Below are positions 50,519 to 58,512 of a stretch of DNA of 64,000 nt, one piece after another. The notes under the pieces were generated by a model that saw nothing but the letters and a program-made list of their open reading frames with translations, had not been told where the DNA came from and searched no databases. The stretch is from a virus (taxonomy: Duplodnaviria; Heunggongvirae; Uroviricota; Caudoviricetes), in the IMG/VR virus record IMGVR_UViG_3300038393_003162, positions 148,407 through 212,406 of that record; one strand, 5' to 3'. How positions within the stretch are numbered: position 1 is the stretch's first letter; each line of letters begins with the position of its first letter. The translations under genes and the position numbers were made by a program.

Positions 50519-50592
50519 TCTCAGGGGAAGGATTCGAACCTTCACAAACCAAGGCACAAAACCTTAATTTGAATTCCAATTCACCCAAACAT
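50519..50592 (-). ncRNA. tRNA-like element (T-arm GAAGG-TTCGAAT-CCTTC plus 3' acceptor strand); 5' half not identified
   Basis: Perfect T-arm; anticodon-like hairpin TAAGG-TTTTGTG-CCTTG; no complementary 5' acceptor strand found. Confidence 0.3.
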
Positions 50593-50868
50593 TCAGACAC
50601 TAAAGTCAACTGCTAGTATCTTGACCGTGCGGAATTCTTCGTATGGACATTCCCCGCACAAGAATGCCCTCACGTGTCTCCCTTCCATGAACCATCTACA
50701 GGAGGCTACCCTGCCCCAATGGTCACTTAAACGTCTGACCCCATTACCGTAGTCCCAATATGCGCTCCCGGAATACGAGATGTAATCGGGATCTCGGTCG
50801 GGTATTTCGCATAAACTCCAGTCTGCGACCGTAGCAGCGAAAAAACTACCAAAATCATATTCTCTCAT
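50593..50868 (-). CDS. hypothetical protein (91 aa)
   Basis: Intact ORF. Confidence 0.35.
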   Translation of the reverse strand: MREYDFGSFFAATVADWSLCEIPDRDPDYISYSGSAYWDYGNGVRRLSDHWGRVASCRWFMEGRHVRAFLCGECPYEEFRTVKILAVDFSV

Positions 50869-50889
50869 CTACATTGTAAATAACTTCAA

Positions 50890-51108
50890 TCACTCATCCC
50901 ACAGCCACGAGAACAGCCCATACGTCTCGCCCCGCCACCGCCATGTGAACAAGGGAGTCGGCTGATGCTCCTCGGGAATCTCCACCGGCTTTGAAGGAAT
51001 CATCGCCAGTGAATTCAAATGGTCATCTGGAGACGAACCTCCCTGGCATCGACATCCCAACTCGGAATCATATCCGTTGAAGCAATTGAAACAAAGTATG
51101 TGAGCCAT
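50890..51108 (-). CDS. small Cys-rich protein (72 aa)
   Basis: CFNCFNGYDSELGCRC N-terminus. Confidence 0.35.
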   Translation of the reverse strand: MAHILCFNCFNGYDSELGCRCQGGSSPDDHLNSLAMIPSKPVEIPEEHQPTPLFTWRWRGETYGLFSWLWDE

Positions 51109-51142
51109 GGTATCTTCCTTAATACATGGACCTTTAATTAAG

Positions 51143-51213
51143 TTACAGAGGCAGGAGTCGAACCTGCGGAGTTCAGGTTATGAGCCTGAATGGAATAACC
51201 GATTCTCTCTGTA
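51143..51213 (-). tRNA. tRNA-Met/Ile2 (anticodon CAU)
   Basis: Acceptor TACAGAG/CTCTGTA, anticodon arm TTCAGG-CTCATAA-CCTGAA, T-arm GCAGG-TTCGACT-CCTGC. Confidence 0.65.
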
Positions 51214-51214
51214 G

Positions 51215-51286
51215 TACCCCGGAACGGTTACGCTCCGTCTTCTGGAGATTGAAAGTCTCCCGTCCTAACTACTAGACGACCGGGGC
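51215..51286 (-). tRNA. tRNA-Glu (anticodon UUC) with non-canonical T-loop AGCGTAA
   Basis: Acceptor GCCCCGG/CCGGGGT, D-arm GTCT-AGTAGTTA-GGAC, anticodon arm GGAGA-CTTTCAA-TCTCC. Confidence 0.5.
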
Positions 51287-51362
51287 AAATTGGTTCAGCA
51301 GGATGCGACCTCCTCTCGTCTTTGAGCTATGTCGCGTTTAGTCTCCGAGCCAGTCCTACTGA
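51287..51362 (-). ncRNA. tRNA-sized tRNA-like element between two tRNAs; ends TCAGTAG…CTGCTGA-A-CCA (encoded CCA) but internal arms are non-canonical
   Basis: Exact 76-nt slot; 7-bp terminal complementarity with a GU pair. Confidence 0.3.
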
Positions 51363-51436
51363 TACTCCCAGCGAGATTTGAACTCGCGATTTCCTGATTG
51401 AGAATCAGGCGTCATAAGCCACTAGACCATGGGAGC
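51363..51436 (-). tRNA. tRNA-Glu (anticodon CUC)
   Basis: Acceptor GCTCCCA/TGGGAGT, anticodon arm CCTGA-TTCTCAA-TCAGG, T-arm GCGAG-TTCAAAT-CTCGC. Confidence 0.6.
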
Positions 51437-51485
51437 AACTTATGTTCTATATATTAGTCTTTTTCATCTGTTTTGTCAAGGTCAT

Positions 51486-51887
51486 TTAGATAATTTTTTT
51501 GAGGTCAACCTCGATCCAACTACACCAACCCAACCCCAGAAGTCCCCAAGCCCGTTCGTCATACCTACACTGCGGATGAAGCCCTTGAGCGTATAACTCG
51601 TTAAAAAGGAACTCACAAAAGGTTCCTGATCTCGGTTGAGCCCAACCACAATCGAAATCACATATCTGCTTCATGCCGAATCTATAAACCTCGGCGGTTG
51701 TCTTGCCGCTTGCCGCCGCTTGCTCAATCTTGTCGGGCAAAGCAGCAATCAAACGATCAACCTTGGCTCTGTAACGTTGTGCGATATAGATTCGCTGCTG
51801 GTCTAGCGATTCCTTCGCCTGGACTTGTTGCTCAAAGTATTTACGTCGTCCTCTAGCCAATGCTTCCTTCACGATCCAGTCTTTCAC
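51486..51887 (-). CDS. hypothetical protein (133 aa)
   Basis: Intact ORF. Confidence 0.4.
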   Translation of the reverse strand: MKDWIVKEALARGRRKYFEQQVQAKESLDQQRIYIAQRYRAKVDRLIAALPDKIEQAAASGKTTAEVYRFGMKQICDFDCGWAQPRSGTFCEFLFNELYAQGLHPQCRYDERAWGLLGLGWCSWIEVDLKKII

Positions 51888-51979
51888 GACATCCTCTATT
51901 TAACTTGTAAAAACACGGTTTAGGCAAGCAGACTTCAACCATGATTTGTTCGTCTCTTGATTAACTTATGTTCTATACT

Positions 51980-52252
51980 TTACTCTTTTTCATCAACTTT
52001 GTCAAGGTCATTTAGAAAGTTTTCCAAGCGACCTTTTAGCTGATAAACTTGGTTCTCGTTGAGCATGGAGTCCGCGTGAACAACACTGGCACCCATGAAG
52101 ATGTACTTCAAACCCTGCCAGAGACGCGACCAAAATGAAGGTCGATAAGGGATACAGGTTACAATGTACATGTAACCATATTCAGAATCAAACTCGACCC
52201 GAATCGCATGACCTGGATGCCCGCAGTCACATTCAAGCCAATAATAGGTCAT
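51980..52252 (-). CDS. hypothetical protein (90 aa)
   Basis: Intact ORF. Confidence 0.35.
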   Translation of the reverse strand: MTYYWLECDCGHPGHAIRVEFDSEYGYMYIVTCIPYRPSFWSRLWQGLKYIFMGASVVHADSMLNENQVYQLKGRLENFLNDLDKVDEKE

Positions 52253-52593
52253 CGATCCTCCTTGTTGTAGTTCATTTCTTTCGCCTGTCGGAATGATTTA
52301 GTTACAAAATTCCGCACATGAGAGTAAAGAACCTCGGGAATATCCCCCCTGATGGCTTCCAGCCTCTCCATGGAATCGTCTCGTCCAAGTTCCCATATCT
52401 TCGTGCGGAATCTCTTGTTTTCCTGGAGTTCACGGGTCTTATCGATGCTGGAAAGTCCTGCCAAGTATCTTCGGACGTCGTAGATGATCCTCATGGTCTT
52501 TGCAGTCACCTTGGGATCAGCTATCTCGCCCAGAATGCCCTCTATGGACTTATCCAGCGGCGAATTACCAATCATACCACGATAATCGACCAT
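52249..52593 (-). CDS. hypothetical protein (114 aa)
   Basis: ATGA-type overlap with the downstream gene. Confidence 0.4.
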   Translation of the reverse strand: MVDYRGMIGNSPLDKSIEGILGEIADPKVTAKTMRIIYDVRRYLAGLSSIDKTRELQENKRFRTKIWELGRDDSMERLEAIRGDIPEVLYSHVRNFVTKSFRQAKEMNYNKEDR

Positions 52594-52776
52594 TTAATCG
52601 ACCCATTCAACATCCAGCCACCAACCATGTGGCAGGGAATTTATGGAATGCTTCAGATACCTCTGCTTGACCTTGGACCGTTCCAGCCATCGGGTCTCGT
52701 TGCCAATCGTAGTTGGCAACAACGAAAATATGGTGATAACACGCACATCTCCATCTTTGGGTTTACGCCACCGCAT
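52594..52776 (-). CDS. small hypothetical protein (60 aa)
   Basis: Fills the gap between two genes; weak. Confidence 0.25.
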   Translation of the reverse strand: MRWRKPKDGDVRVITIFSLLPTTIGNETRWLERSKVKQRYLKHSINSLPHGWWLDVEWVD

Positions 52777-52787
52777 TTCATCGTCCT

Positions 52788-53636
52788 TTACTCGCTAAAC
52801 AACAGACTCATTCTAGCATCATGATCGTAACTTCGCAAGGGCTCCCAGGTCATTTCCCTCACCCGAGGTCGTGTCTCGCCCTCAAGCAACTGCCGCTTCA
52901 GATACGTGCCACGACGAAAGAACGCCGGGTAATCGTTCCAGTTCACGCCCTTCGCCATCAGCATGTCCATCTGGTCGGCGCGTCCCTGCCCGTGTAATTG
53001 CTTGTGACTGTAATAGTGCCTCGCAGCCATGCTCACCGAATTACGAGTCGCGTCGATCTCTCGCCACAACAACGCATTAGCCGCCTCGTCCAGGTTCGGC
53101 ACATTGAACGCCCGCGCGTCGAACGCCGCCATCCCAGAAACCTTGCCGTGATTGGTCCAGACGCCGCACGTACACGCAGCCGGGAAGTCCTGAGAGTCCG
53201 CATACGTCGCGTCCACGTAAGGACACGCCTCGTCATGGTCGCCAGCCTTCACCACCTTCTCGGGGATCAGGTCGGGGAGCAATCGATTGAAATACGCCCC
53301 GGTCAAGCCGCCGAGATGGCTCAGTATCTTGGACACCTTGGAGCCGTAGTAGAGTTGCTGGTCAACCTCGTCAGCGAACAAGACCAAGCTGATCTCGTCA
53401 CTTTGGGTGTAACCTATCCTCGCCCCGGTTTCAGCTACTAAAAGCCGAGTCGTCTCGATCATGAGACGGGACAGGCGTCCGTCATAGGGACGCCTCAAGC
53501 CCCTCGTCCACTTGCTAAAGCCTTTGCCGTCCATCCGACAGACAATAGGGAGTTGCGGCATGAAGACGCCGCCTGAAGGCGATAGATACTCAAAAAGCTT
53601 CATCCTATCGCCTAATGAATCCTTTTTGTTTGACAT
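52788..53636 (-). CDS. Thg1-like protein (tRNA-His guanylyltransferase / 3'-5' nucleotidyltransferase family)
   Basis: KLFEY, IVCRMDGKGFSKW and GYTQSDEISLVLF match the Thg1 motifs VVVRLDGRNFHRF and YGQSDEYSFVF. Confidence 0.7.
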   Translation of the reverse strand: MSNKKDSLGDRMKLFEYLSPSGGVFMPQLPIVCRMDGKGFSKWTRGLRRPYDGRLSRLMIETTRLLVAETGARIGYTQSDEISLVLFADEVDQQLYYGSKVSKILSHLGGLTGAYFNRLLPDLIPEKVVKAGDHDEACPYVDATYADSQDFPAACTCGVWTNHGKVSGMAAFDARAFNVPNLDEAANALLWREIDATRNSVSMAARHYYSHKQLHGQGRADQMDMLMAKGVNWNDYPAFFRRGTYLKRQLLEGETRPRVREMTWEPLRSYDHDARMSLLFSE

Positions 53637-53681
53637 GGCTACATCCCTTTAACCATCAAGTTAAATTGAATTAATTAAAAG

Positions 53682-53755
53682 TCGCACCGACAGGATTCGA
53701 ACCTGTGACCTTCGACGTATGAAGTCGCTATTCTAAGCCGCTGAACTACGGTGCG
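53682..53755 (-). tRNA. tRNA-Met/Ile2 (anticodon CAU)
   Basis: Acceptor CGCACCG/CGGTGCG, anticodon loop TTCATAC, T-arm ACAGG-TTCGAAT-CCTGT. Confidence 0.6.
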
Positions 53756-53766
53756 AGCAATTGGTC

Positions 53767-53970
53767 TTAGACCAATTCTTTATGCTTCAGGAACTTCCAG
53801 CCGCATAACCCAACAAAATACAAGCAGGAATTGAATCCAGAATTCAATAATATCTGCCCGAGCGTCATGTTGTAATATGACGGACACACAAGACTGACCA
53901 GCGGGAAATAAATAAACACTCCCACCAAGAAAAATACAAAAACCGACCAAAGCAAATCAGTCCAAGTCAT
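53767..53970 (-). CDS. small membrane protein (67 aa)
   Basis: Two hydrophobic segments. Confidence 0.35.
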   Translation of the reverse strand: MTWTDLLWSVFVFFLVGVFIYFPLVSLVCPSYYNMTLGQILLNSGFNSCLYFVGLCGWKFLKHKELV

Positions 53971-53985
53971 TAGAAATCCTTTTCA

Positions 53986-54252
53986 TTAACCAAAAATTGC
54001 CCTGAAAACTCTTTCAAAAAAGCCTGCTTTACGCTTACACTCATCAACTCTACGCTTACGCTCATCATCAGCGATATCCATGGGCGAAGTATCCATCCCA
54101 GAGACATCGGGAACAAAAGTCCTAGCACATAGATTACACGTTTGCGCATAAGGTCGTCTATCGTACCAGCAAATGTAGCTCGATACACCAGCTTCTCGAT
54201 ACCAAAGACCACAATAAGGGCAATAGACTTTGTAAGTTTTATATTTTTTCAT
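53986..54252 (-). CDS. zinc-ribbon protein (88 aa)
   Basis: CPYCG…CNLC. Confidence 0.35.
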   Translation of the reverse strand: MKKYKTYKVYCPYCGLWYREAGVSSYICWYDRRPYAQTCNLCARTFVPDVSGMDTSPMDIADDERKRRVDECKRKAGFFERVFRAIFG

Positions 54253-54870
54253 TCACTTATCCCATTCCTCAGTCGGTGTCAGCAACATCGCCAACACGAA
54301 GGCATGCCCCATCTTCTTGTCCGTTCTATTGAGGACTTCCTTAATGGTCAGTCCCTCAGCCAAATAATCATACCCGTCGAAATCTCTCAGGAGAAGCTCG
54401 CCCGTCTCGACATAAATCTGCTTGAGCTTGGCAAACGCCTCGGTCTTGACAACCGCCCTGGCATACAACGGAATATAAATCCGCTTCCTGGCAGTCAGGT
54501 AATCCAGCTTCTCGCCATCCCACCACGAATACAAAGGCGTCCTGCCCTTGCCCATCGGGTAGCGATCAGCCTTGTACTGAGACCAACCCATCTGCGCCCA
54601 GCGGAAATACGCCTCGGTAGGGTTGCCGTCCTGGTCCACATGCTCTTCGTAAACCTTGCTGTATTGCCAACCTGCTTCTACACTGCGGGAAGTATAACCT
54701 CTGTACAACTGGCATGGTCCGAGGATGAAGGGACTAAGACCACGGCTCCAGGTCTTCGATCGAGATGTGGTATCTATCGCCTCTCGTTTGTCTCTGTAAT
54801 TACAAACGCTAACACTCATGAATTCTTTTCGCTCTCGACGGCTGGTTCGAATATCCCTACATCCTGCCAA
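54253..54870 (-). CDS. hypothetical protein (205 aa)
   Basis: Intact ORF. Confidence 0.4.
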   Translation of the reverse strand: MAGCRDIRTSRRERKEFMSVSVCNYRDKREAIDTTSRSKTWSRGLSPFILGPCQLYRGYTSRSVEAGWQYSKVYEEHVDQDGNPTEAYFRWAQMGWSQYKADRYPMGKGRTPLYSWWDGEKLDYLTARKRIYIPLYARAVVKTEAFAKLKQIYVETGELLLRDFDGYDYLAEGLTIKEVLNRTDKKMGHAFVLAMLLTPTEEWDK

Positions 54871-55148
54871 AGATAGTTGTGACGATACTCACCCCAAGCC
54901 TCATCCCACCAAGGAGACCAAGTAAGTCTCTGTACAAACGCCACATCACTTCCAGCCTCGTAAGTCTTACTATTTATCGAGACCGAATTTGCGAGCGTCC
55001 TGATGACTATTCGATGATCCCTAGGAACAGATTTATATATTCCTTCGACCACTTCTCCCGGAATGACTTCGGCTGCCGGAACTTCGCCCTCCTCCTTGCT
55101 CGGAGTCGCCTTCCTATTGCAACCAAACAAATAATCCATTATCCCCAT
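54816..55148 (-). CDS. hypothetical protein (110 aa)
   Basis: Intact ORF. Confidence 0.35.
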   Translation of the reverse strand: MGIMDYLFGCNRKATPSKEEGEVPAAEVIPGEVVEGIYKSVPRDHRIVIRTLANSVSINSKTYEAGSDVAFVQRLTWSPWWDEAWGEYRHNYLWQDVGIFEPAVESEKNS

Positions 55149-55260
55149 AATTAACCTCTGAATCCTTCAACATTCCAAATATTATACCACATCTTCATGT
55201 TTAGGTCAAATAAAAACACGAGACCCAAAAAGTCTCGTGTTTTTGCGGCTAAAACCAAAG

Positions 55261-56310
55261 TCAACGCCTGCCGGATCGCTCTCGCACGTACTCTTCCCGA
55301 TTCCTCGGATCACGAAGGTCCAAAGAGCCATCGAGGTTGCGAGGACGATCCCCGCCACGGGAACGATCATGGACGGTACTCATGCCGCGACGACCAAGTT
55401 CCCTCTGACGATTCTCTCGATACCGCATGTCGGGTCTGCCGCTCTGGGTCTGTCGCTCGTCAGACGACGATCCCCTGTCCTGGCGAGACGAACGACGGGA
55501 ATACCCGCTACGATCGCGACGACCACTCTCCTGAGCGTCCTGGATCTCCGCGAAGACTTCGGCTTCTTCCCGTCCTGCCTGCTCCAATTCCTCGGACAGG
55601 TCTTCAACCTTCCTGGCATCACCACGCTCGCACGCCGATTCGAGATCCTCAATGATCTCGAATTCCTTGCTGTTGGCTTCTTCCACATCCTGGATCAGCG
55701 ATCCAAGACGCCTGCCGCCCGACTCACCGAGTTGCTTGATGGCATTGTACTCGTCGCTGTTGAGCCTCCGTGCATCATTGCAGATCTCGTCGAGCGTCTG
55801 CCAGTCAACTCGTCCACCACGGCTCAAAATGTCCCGCATCTCACGGATCGTATCTTCCTCCCGCTCGTGAATCGACTGGAACTTGCGGATGGGATCTTCG
55901 CCTCGATCTCCCTGGCGTCCTCCCGATCGGTCTTGTCTCCTGCCACGACCGCCCGACTGATCGCCCATGTGTTCTTGGGCGACTTCGATGATTTCCTCGG
56001 GATCGATGCCGTCGCGGATTGCTCCCCGCACGAAGTTGACGACACGTTGGAAGGCTCGGTCCTCAAGCTTCTCCCCAAGGAATTCCTCACGATTGCGGGC
56101 GTCCCTCATGTCGGGCGTGTCGTCCGCGTTGAGGCGTCCAGGAACCGAATCAGGGTTGCCGTCCCACGAGCCGAAGTAGGAGTCTCGCTCGGGGGCTGCC
56201 TGAACACGGTCATTCTCCTGGTAGCCGCCGTAGCGATACCTGCCGCGAGTGCGTCCCGAATAGCCTCTAGACATGATGTTGCCTCCAATCTGGTGTTGCC
56301 CACGCACCAT
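55261..56310 (-). CDS. highly charged, low-complexity (R/D/E/G-rich, RG-repeat) disordered protein
   Basis: 349 aa minus-strand ORF in a locally GC-rich segment; a 363-aa mirror ORF on the plus strand is judged a shadow. Confidence 0.4.
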   Translation of the reverse strand: MVRGQHQIGGNIMSRGYSGRTRGRYRYGGYQENDRVQAAPERDSYFGSWDGNPDSVPGRLNADDTPDMRDARNREEFLGEKLEDRAFQRVVNFVRGAIRDGIDPEEIIEVAQEHMGDQSGGRGRRQDRSGGRQGDRGEDPIRKFQSIHEREEDTIREMRDILSRGGRVDWQTLDEICNDARRLNSDEYNAIKQLGESGGRRLGSLIQDVEEANSKEFEIIEDLESACERGDARKVEDLSEELEQAGREEAEVFAEIQDAQESGRRDRSGYSRRSSRQDRGSSSDERQTQSGRPDMRYRENRQRELGRRGMSTVHDRSRGGDRPRNLDGSLDLRDPRNREEYVRERSGRR

Positions 56311-56422
56311 GCGGGGCTAGGATTGTAAAAGGCAAATCTCGTGCCACTTCAGGGGGTAAATTGACATGGATTTGTCACAAGCGTGATAGCATGGATTGGA
56401 TAGATTGACTTGAATTGGTCTA

Positions 56423-56493
56423 AGTCGATGCCAGGATTTGAACCGGTCCTCTCGCTGAGAGCGGCTGTGCTACCATTAACACTACAATCGACA
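56423..56493 (-). tRNA. tRNA-like gene (71 nt), anticodon arm unresolved
   Basis: T-loop TTCAAAT with imperfect stem; acceptor GTCGATT/CATCGAC (6 of 7 bp); D-loop TTAATGGTAG. Confidence 0.4.
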
Positions 56494-56726
56494 AGATCAG
56501 AATATCCTTTAGCTCTATTTTATCTTGGTATTTTTTGGCACTTTAAAATTCAAAAATGCTTGTCGAGCAAGAGAGGAGCTAGGTGTAATCCCTAACACGG
56601 TCTGAGGCACCTGTTGTGGAATTGTTTTACCAACACCGCTGCCCTGGGAATCGGCTCTTTGTTCGCCTGGCATCATTACCACTCTAGTAATACCACTTTG
56701 TCCCGATCTGCCATATTGACTTTTAA

Positions 56727-57164
56727 TCATAAAAAGCACACTCCAACTCCAAAAAGAATAGAAGAAACAATAAGTGATCCCAAAGAATAACCTGTAAGTT
56801 TTTGATTCCATTGGTTATTCATATCTTGAAAAGCCGCCCGGTAGCCGACGTCTTGTAATCCTTCTTCTATCATAAAATCTTTATTGGGTATATATTCTTG
56901 TTCATTACCTTTACAGGATCGTAAGTATTCAACTTTTTCGAGAGCAGACCTTCTGGCATCGTCATTTTCATTACTCTTCGCAGCCGGAAAGAAGCTAAAA
57001 CCTAATGAAGCAACTCCAATTGATGAGACGGCTGCCGCACACCGCATAAGCCATGATGCCGTTCCTGTCTTAGTTGTTTTGACTTGTTCCCCAGCATACA
57101 CCAAAAGAATGACAAGAACAGCACCTAAAAACCCATGCAGTAACCCTACATTCTTGCGGTCCAT
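56727..57164 (-). CDS. membrane protein (about 145 aa)
   Basis: Several TM segments; start moved to the internal Met to avoid running through tRNA-Gln at 57213 (the ORF track gives 57224). Confidence 0.4.
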   Translation of the reverse strand: MDRKNVGLLHGFLGAVLVILLVYAGEQVKTTKTGTASWLMRCAAAVSSIGVASLGFSFFPAAKSNENDDARRSALEKVEYLRSCKGNEQEYIPNKDFMIEEGLQDVGYRAAFQDMNNQWNQKLTGYSLGSLIVSSILFGVGVCFL

Positions 57165-57212
57165 CAACTCTTTCTCTTTCAAGATATAGCAGTGATTAAA
57201 ACACAAAAACAG

Positions 57213-57287
57213 ATCCGAGGGCAAGAATCGAACTTGCGATCTCCACGTTCAGAGCGTGGTGCTACGACCAACAGCAGCTACCTCGGA
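57213..57287 (-). tRNA. tRNA-Gln (anticodon CUG)
   Basis: Acceptor TCCGAGG/CCTCGGA, anticodon arm CCACG-CTCTGAA-CGTGG, T-arm GCAAG-TTCGATT-CTTGC. Confidence 0.65.
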
Positions 57288-57293
57288 ATCATA

Positions 57294-58043
57294 TTAACTT
57301 GCTTGTGACTTAAGCTTGGTCCAATATCCTCTTGTCGGCTTTTCAATGCCATATGATTTAGCCCATTTTGCCACTGCACTGTCGGAGACATCATATGTCT
57401 CGGCTATAACCATCGTTGGAATTTGCCATAACATTTTTTCTAACTCTTCTTTAGTCGGACGTTCTACCTTGCGTCGTTGAAGTTTTTCACACTTAGAACA
57501 TCGTTCAGATATTTTCAATATCTCAACATTGCAGTCTATACATTTGTTTCTTGGTTTCCTGTTTGTATTTTTGCCAGCAAATGTTTCAGTTTGAGTGTGA
57601 CAATTAGGGCACAGAAATCTAAGATTTTCTCGTCTATTATCATTCCTTATGCCATTTATATGATCCAAGGACAAAGCCAACTGATTATCTAACCAAACAG
57701 GACCTAGTCCGCATGTTTGACACTCATAAGGTATTATGCCGTCCTTAATGAGTCTTTTTCGTAAAGCATGCCGACTATAAGTCGAATTTTCTACCATCAC
57801 TTCGTCTAGTGGCACAGCATGACCAGGGAATTTTCTATTCTTATTGCTGGCTCTTCCTTGCACAATGTGCGAATGATCTATCTCATCGTGGTCAAGACGA
57901 TCTTTTAATGTGCGAATATTGCCACCAATATTATTCAATCCAAAAAAGCTCAATATATTACTATAAGTTGAACTTTTAGCAACTAATTCAGCCATATTTG
58001 ATGATGGTATTTTCCAAATAGGACTTCTTTTTTTACGACTCAT
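57294..58043 (-). CDS. HNH endonuclease
   Basis: CQTCGLGPVWL…LDHINGIRNDNRRENLRFLCPNCH plus extra CxxC pairs. Confidence 0.7.
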   Translation of the reverse strand: MSRKKRSPIWKIPSSNMAELVAKSSTYSNILSFFGLNNIGGNIRTLKDRLDHDEIDHSHIVQGRASNKNRKFPGHAVPLDEVMVENSTYSRHALRKRLIKDGIIPYECQTCGLGPVWLDNQLALSLDHINGIRNDNRRENLRFLCPNCHTQTETFAGKNTNRKPRNKCIDCNVEILKISERCSKCEKLQRRKVERPTKEELEKMLWQIPTMVIAETYDVSDSAVAKWAKSYGIEKPTRGYWTKLKSQAS

Positions 58044-58068
58044 TATTTAATCCGAATTACATTAGAAG

Positions 58069-58144
58069 TTCCGGGGGCTAGAATCGAACTAGCGACCTTC
58101 TCGTTCAAAGCGAGTTGCGGCATACCATCAGCCGCCGCCCCGGA
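58069..58144 (-). tRNA. tRNA-Gln (anticodon UUG)
   Basis: Acceptor TCCGGGG/CCCCGGA, D-arm GCGG…CCGC, anticodon loop CTTTGAA, T-arm GCTAG-TTCGATT-CTAGC. Confidence 0.6.
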
Positions 58145-58156
58145 ATTTAACTACAG

Positions 58157-58229
58157 AGCTTCCTCTCGGATTTGAACCGAGACCATCTCGTTACGGGCGA
58201 GACATTCTTGCCAGTTAAACTAAGGAAGC
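58157..58229 (-). tRNA. tRNA-Thr (anticodon CGU), C33
   Basis: Acceptor GCTTCCT/AGGAAGC, anticodon arm TCTCG-CCCGTAA-CGAGA, T-arm CTCGG-TTCAAAT-CCGAG. Confidence 0.55.
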
Positions 58230-58236
58230 ATTTGAG

Positions 58237-58346
58237 TGGACAGGGCAGGACTCGAACCTGCGACCTCTAGACGGTTGCCCGTTTTTCAAGCTATCGCCCG
58301 AAGGCGATGTTTAGTGCCCGCGCTCTTGCCGCTGAGCTACCTGTCC
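58237..58346 (-). ncRNA. expanded tRNA-like RNA (110 nt): canonical acceptor, D-arm and T-arm with a 60-nt central region holding two tetraloop hairpins
   Basis: Acceptor GGACAGG/CCTGTCC, D-arm GCTC-AGCGGCAA-GAGC, T-arm GCAGG-TTCGAGT-CCTGC; inserts ATCGCC-TTCG-GGCGAT and ACGG-GCAA-CCGT. Confidence 0.5.
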
Positions 58347-58351
58347 ATGAG

Positions 58352-58436
58352 AGATACGGGTCGGACTCGCACCGACGTGGGACTTGCGTCCGGCAGGGTT
58401 GCAGCCTGCTCCCTTCGCTACTCGGGTCACCGTATC
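58352..58436 (-). tRNA. class II tRNA (85 nt, long variable arm GGAC-GCAA-GTCC); anticodon read as GCA
   Basis: Acceptor GATACGG/CCGTATC, anticodon arm GCAGG-CTGCAAC-CCTGC, T-arm GTCGG-TGCGAGT-CCGAC; GCA is not a normal class-II anticodon. Confidence 0.45.
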
Positions 58437-58441
58437 ATTAG

Positions 58442-58512
58442 TAGGCGCGGAAGGAGTCGAGCCTTCGCCACGGCGTTATCAACACCGGATTCTTCCGTTA
58501 AACTACGCGCCT
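58442..58512 (-). tRNA. tRNA-Ile (anticodon GAU)
   Basis: Acceptor AGGCGCG/CGCGCCT, anticodon arm CGGTG-TTGATAA-CGCCG, T-loop CTCGACT. Confidence 0.5.

Noticed and set aside
55237-56328. 363-aa plus-strand ORF mirroring the RG-rich minus-strand ORF
   Set aside because: Neighbouring genes are all minus strand and the minus-frame protein has a coherent low-complexity composition. Treated as a shadow, but the call is uncertain and is flagged in findings.
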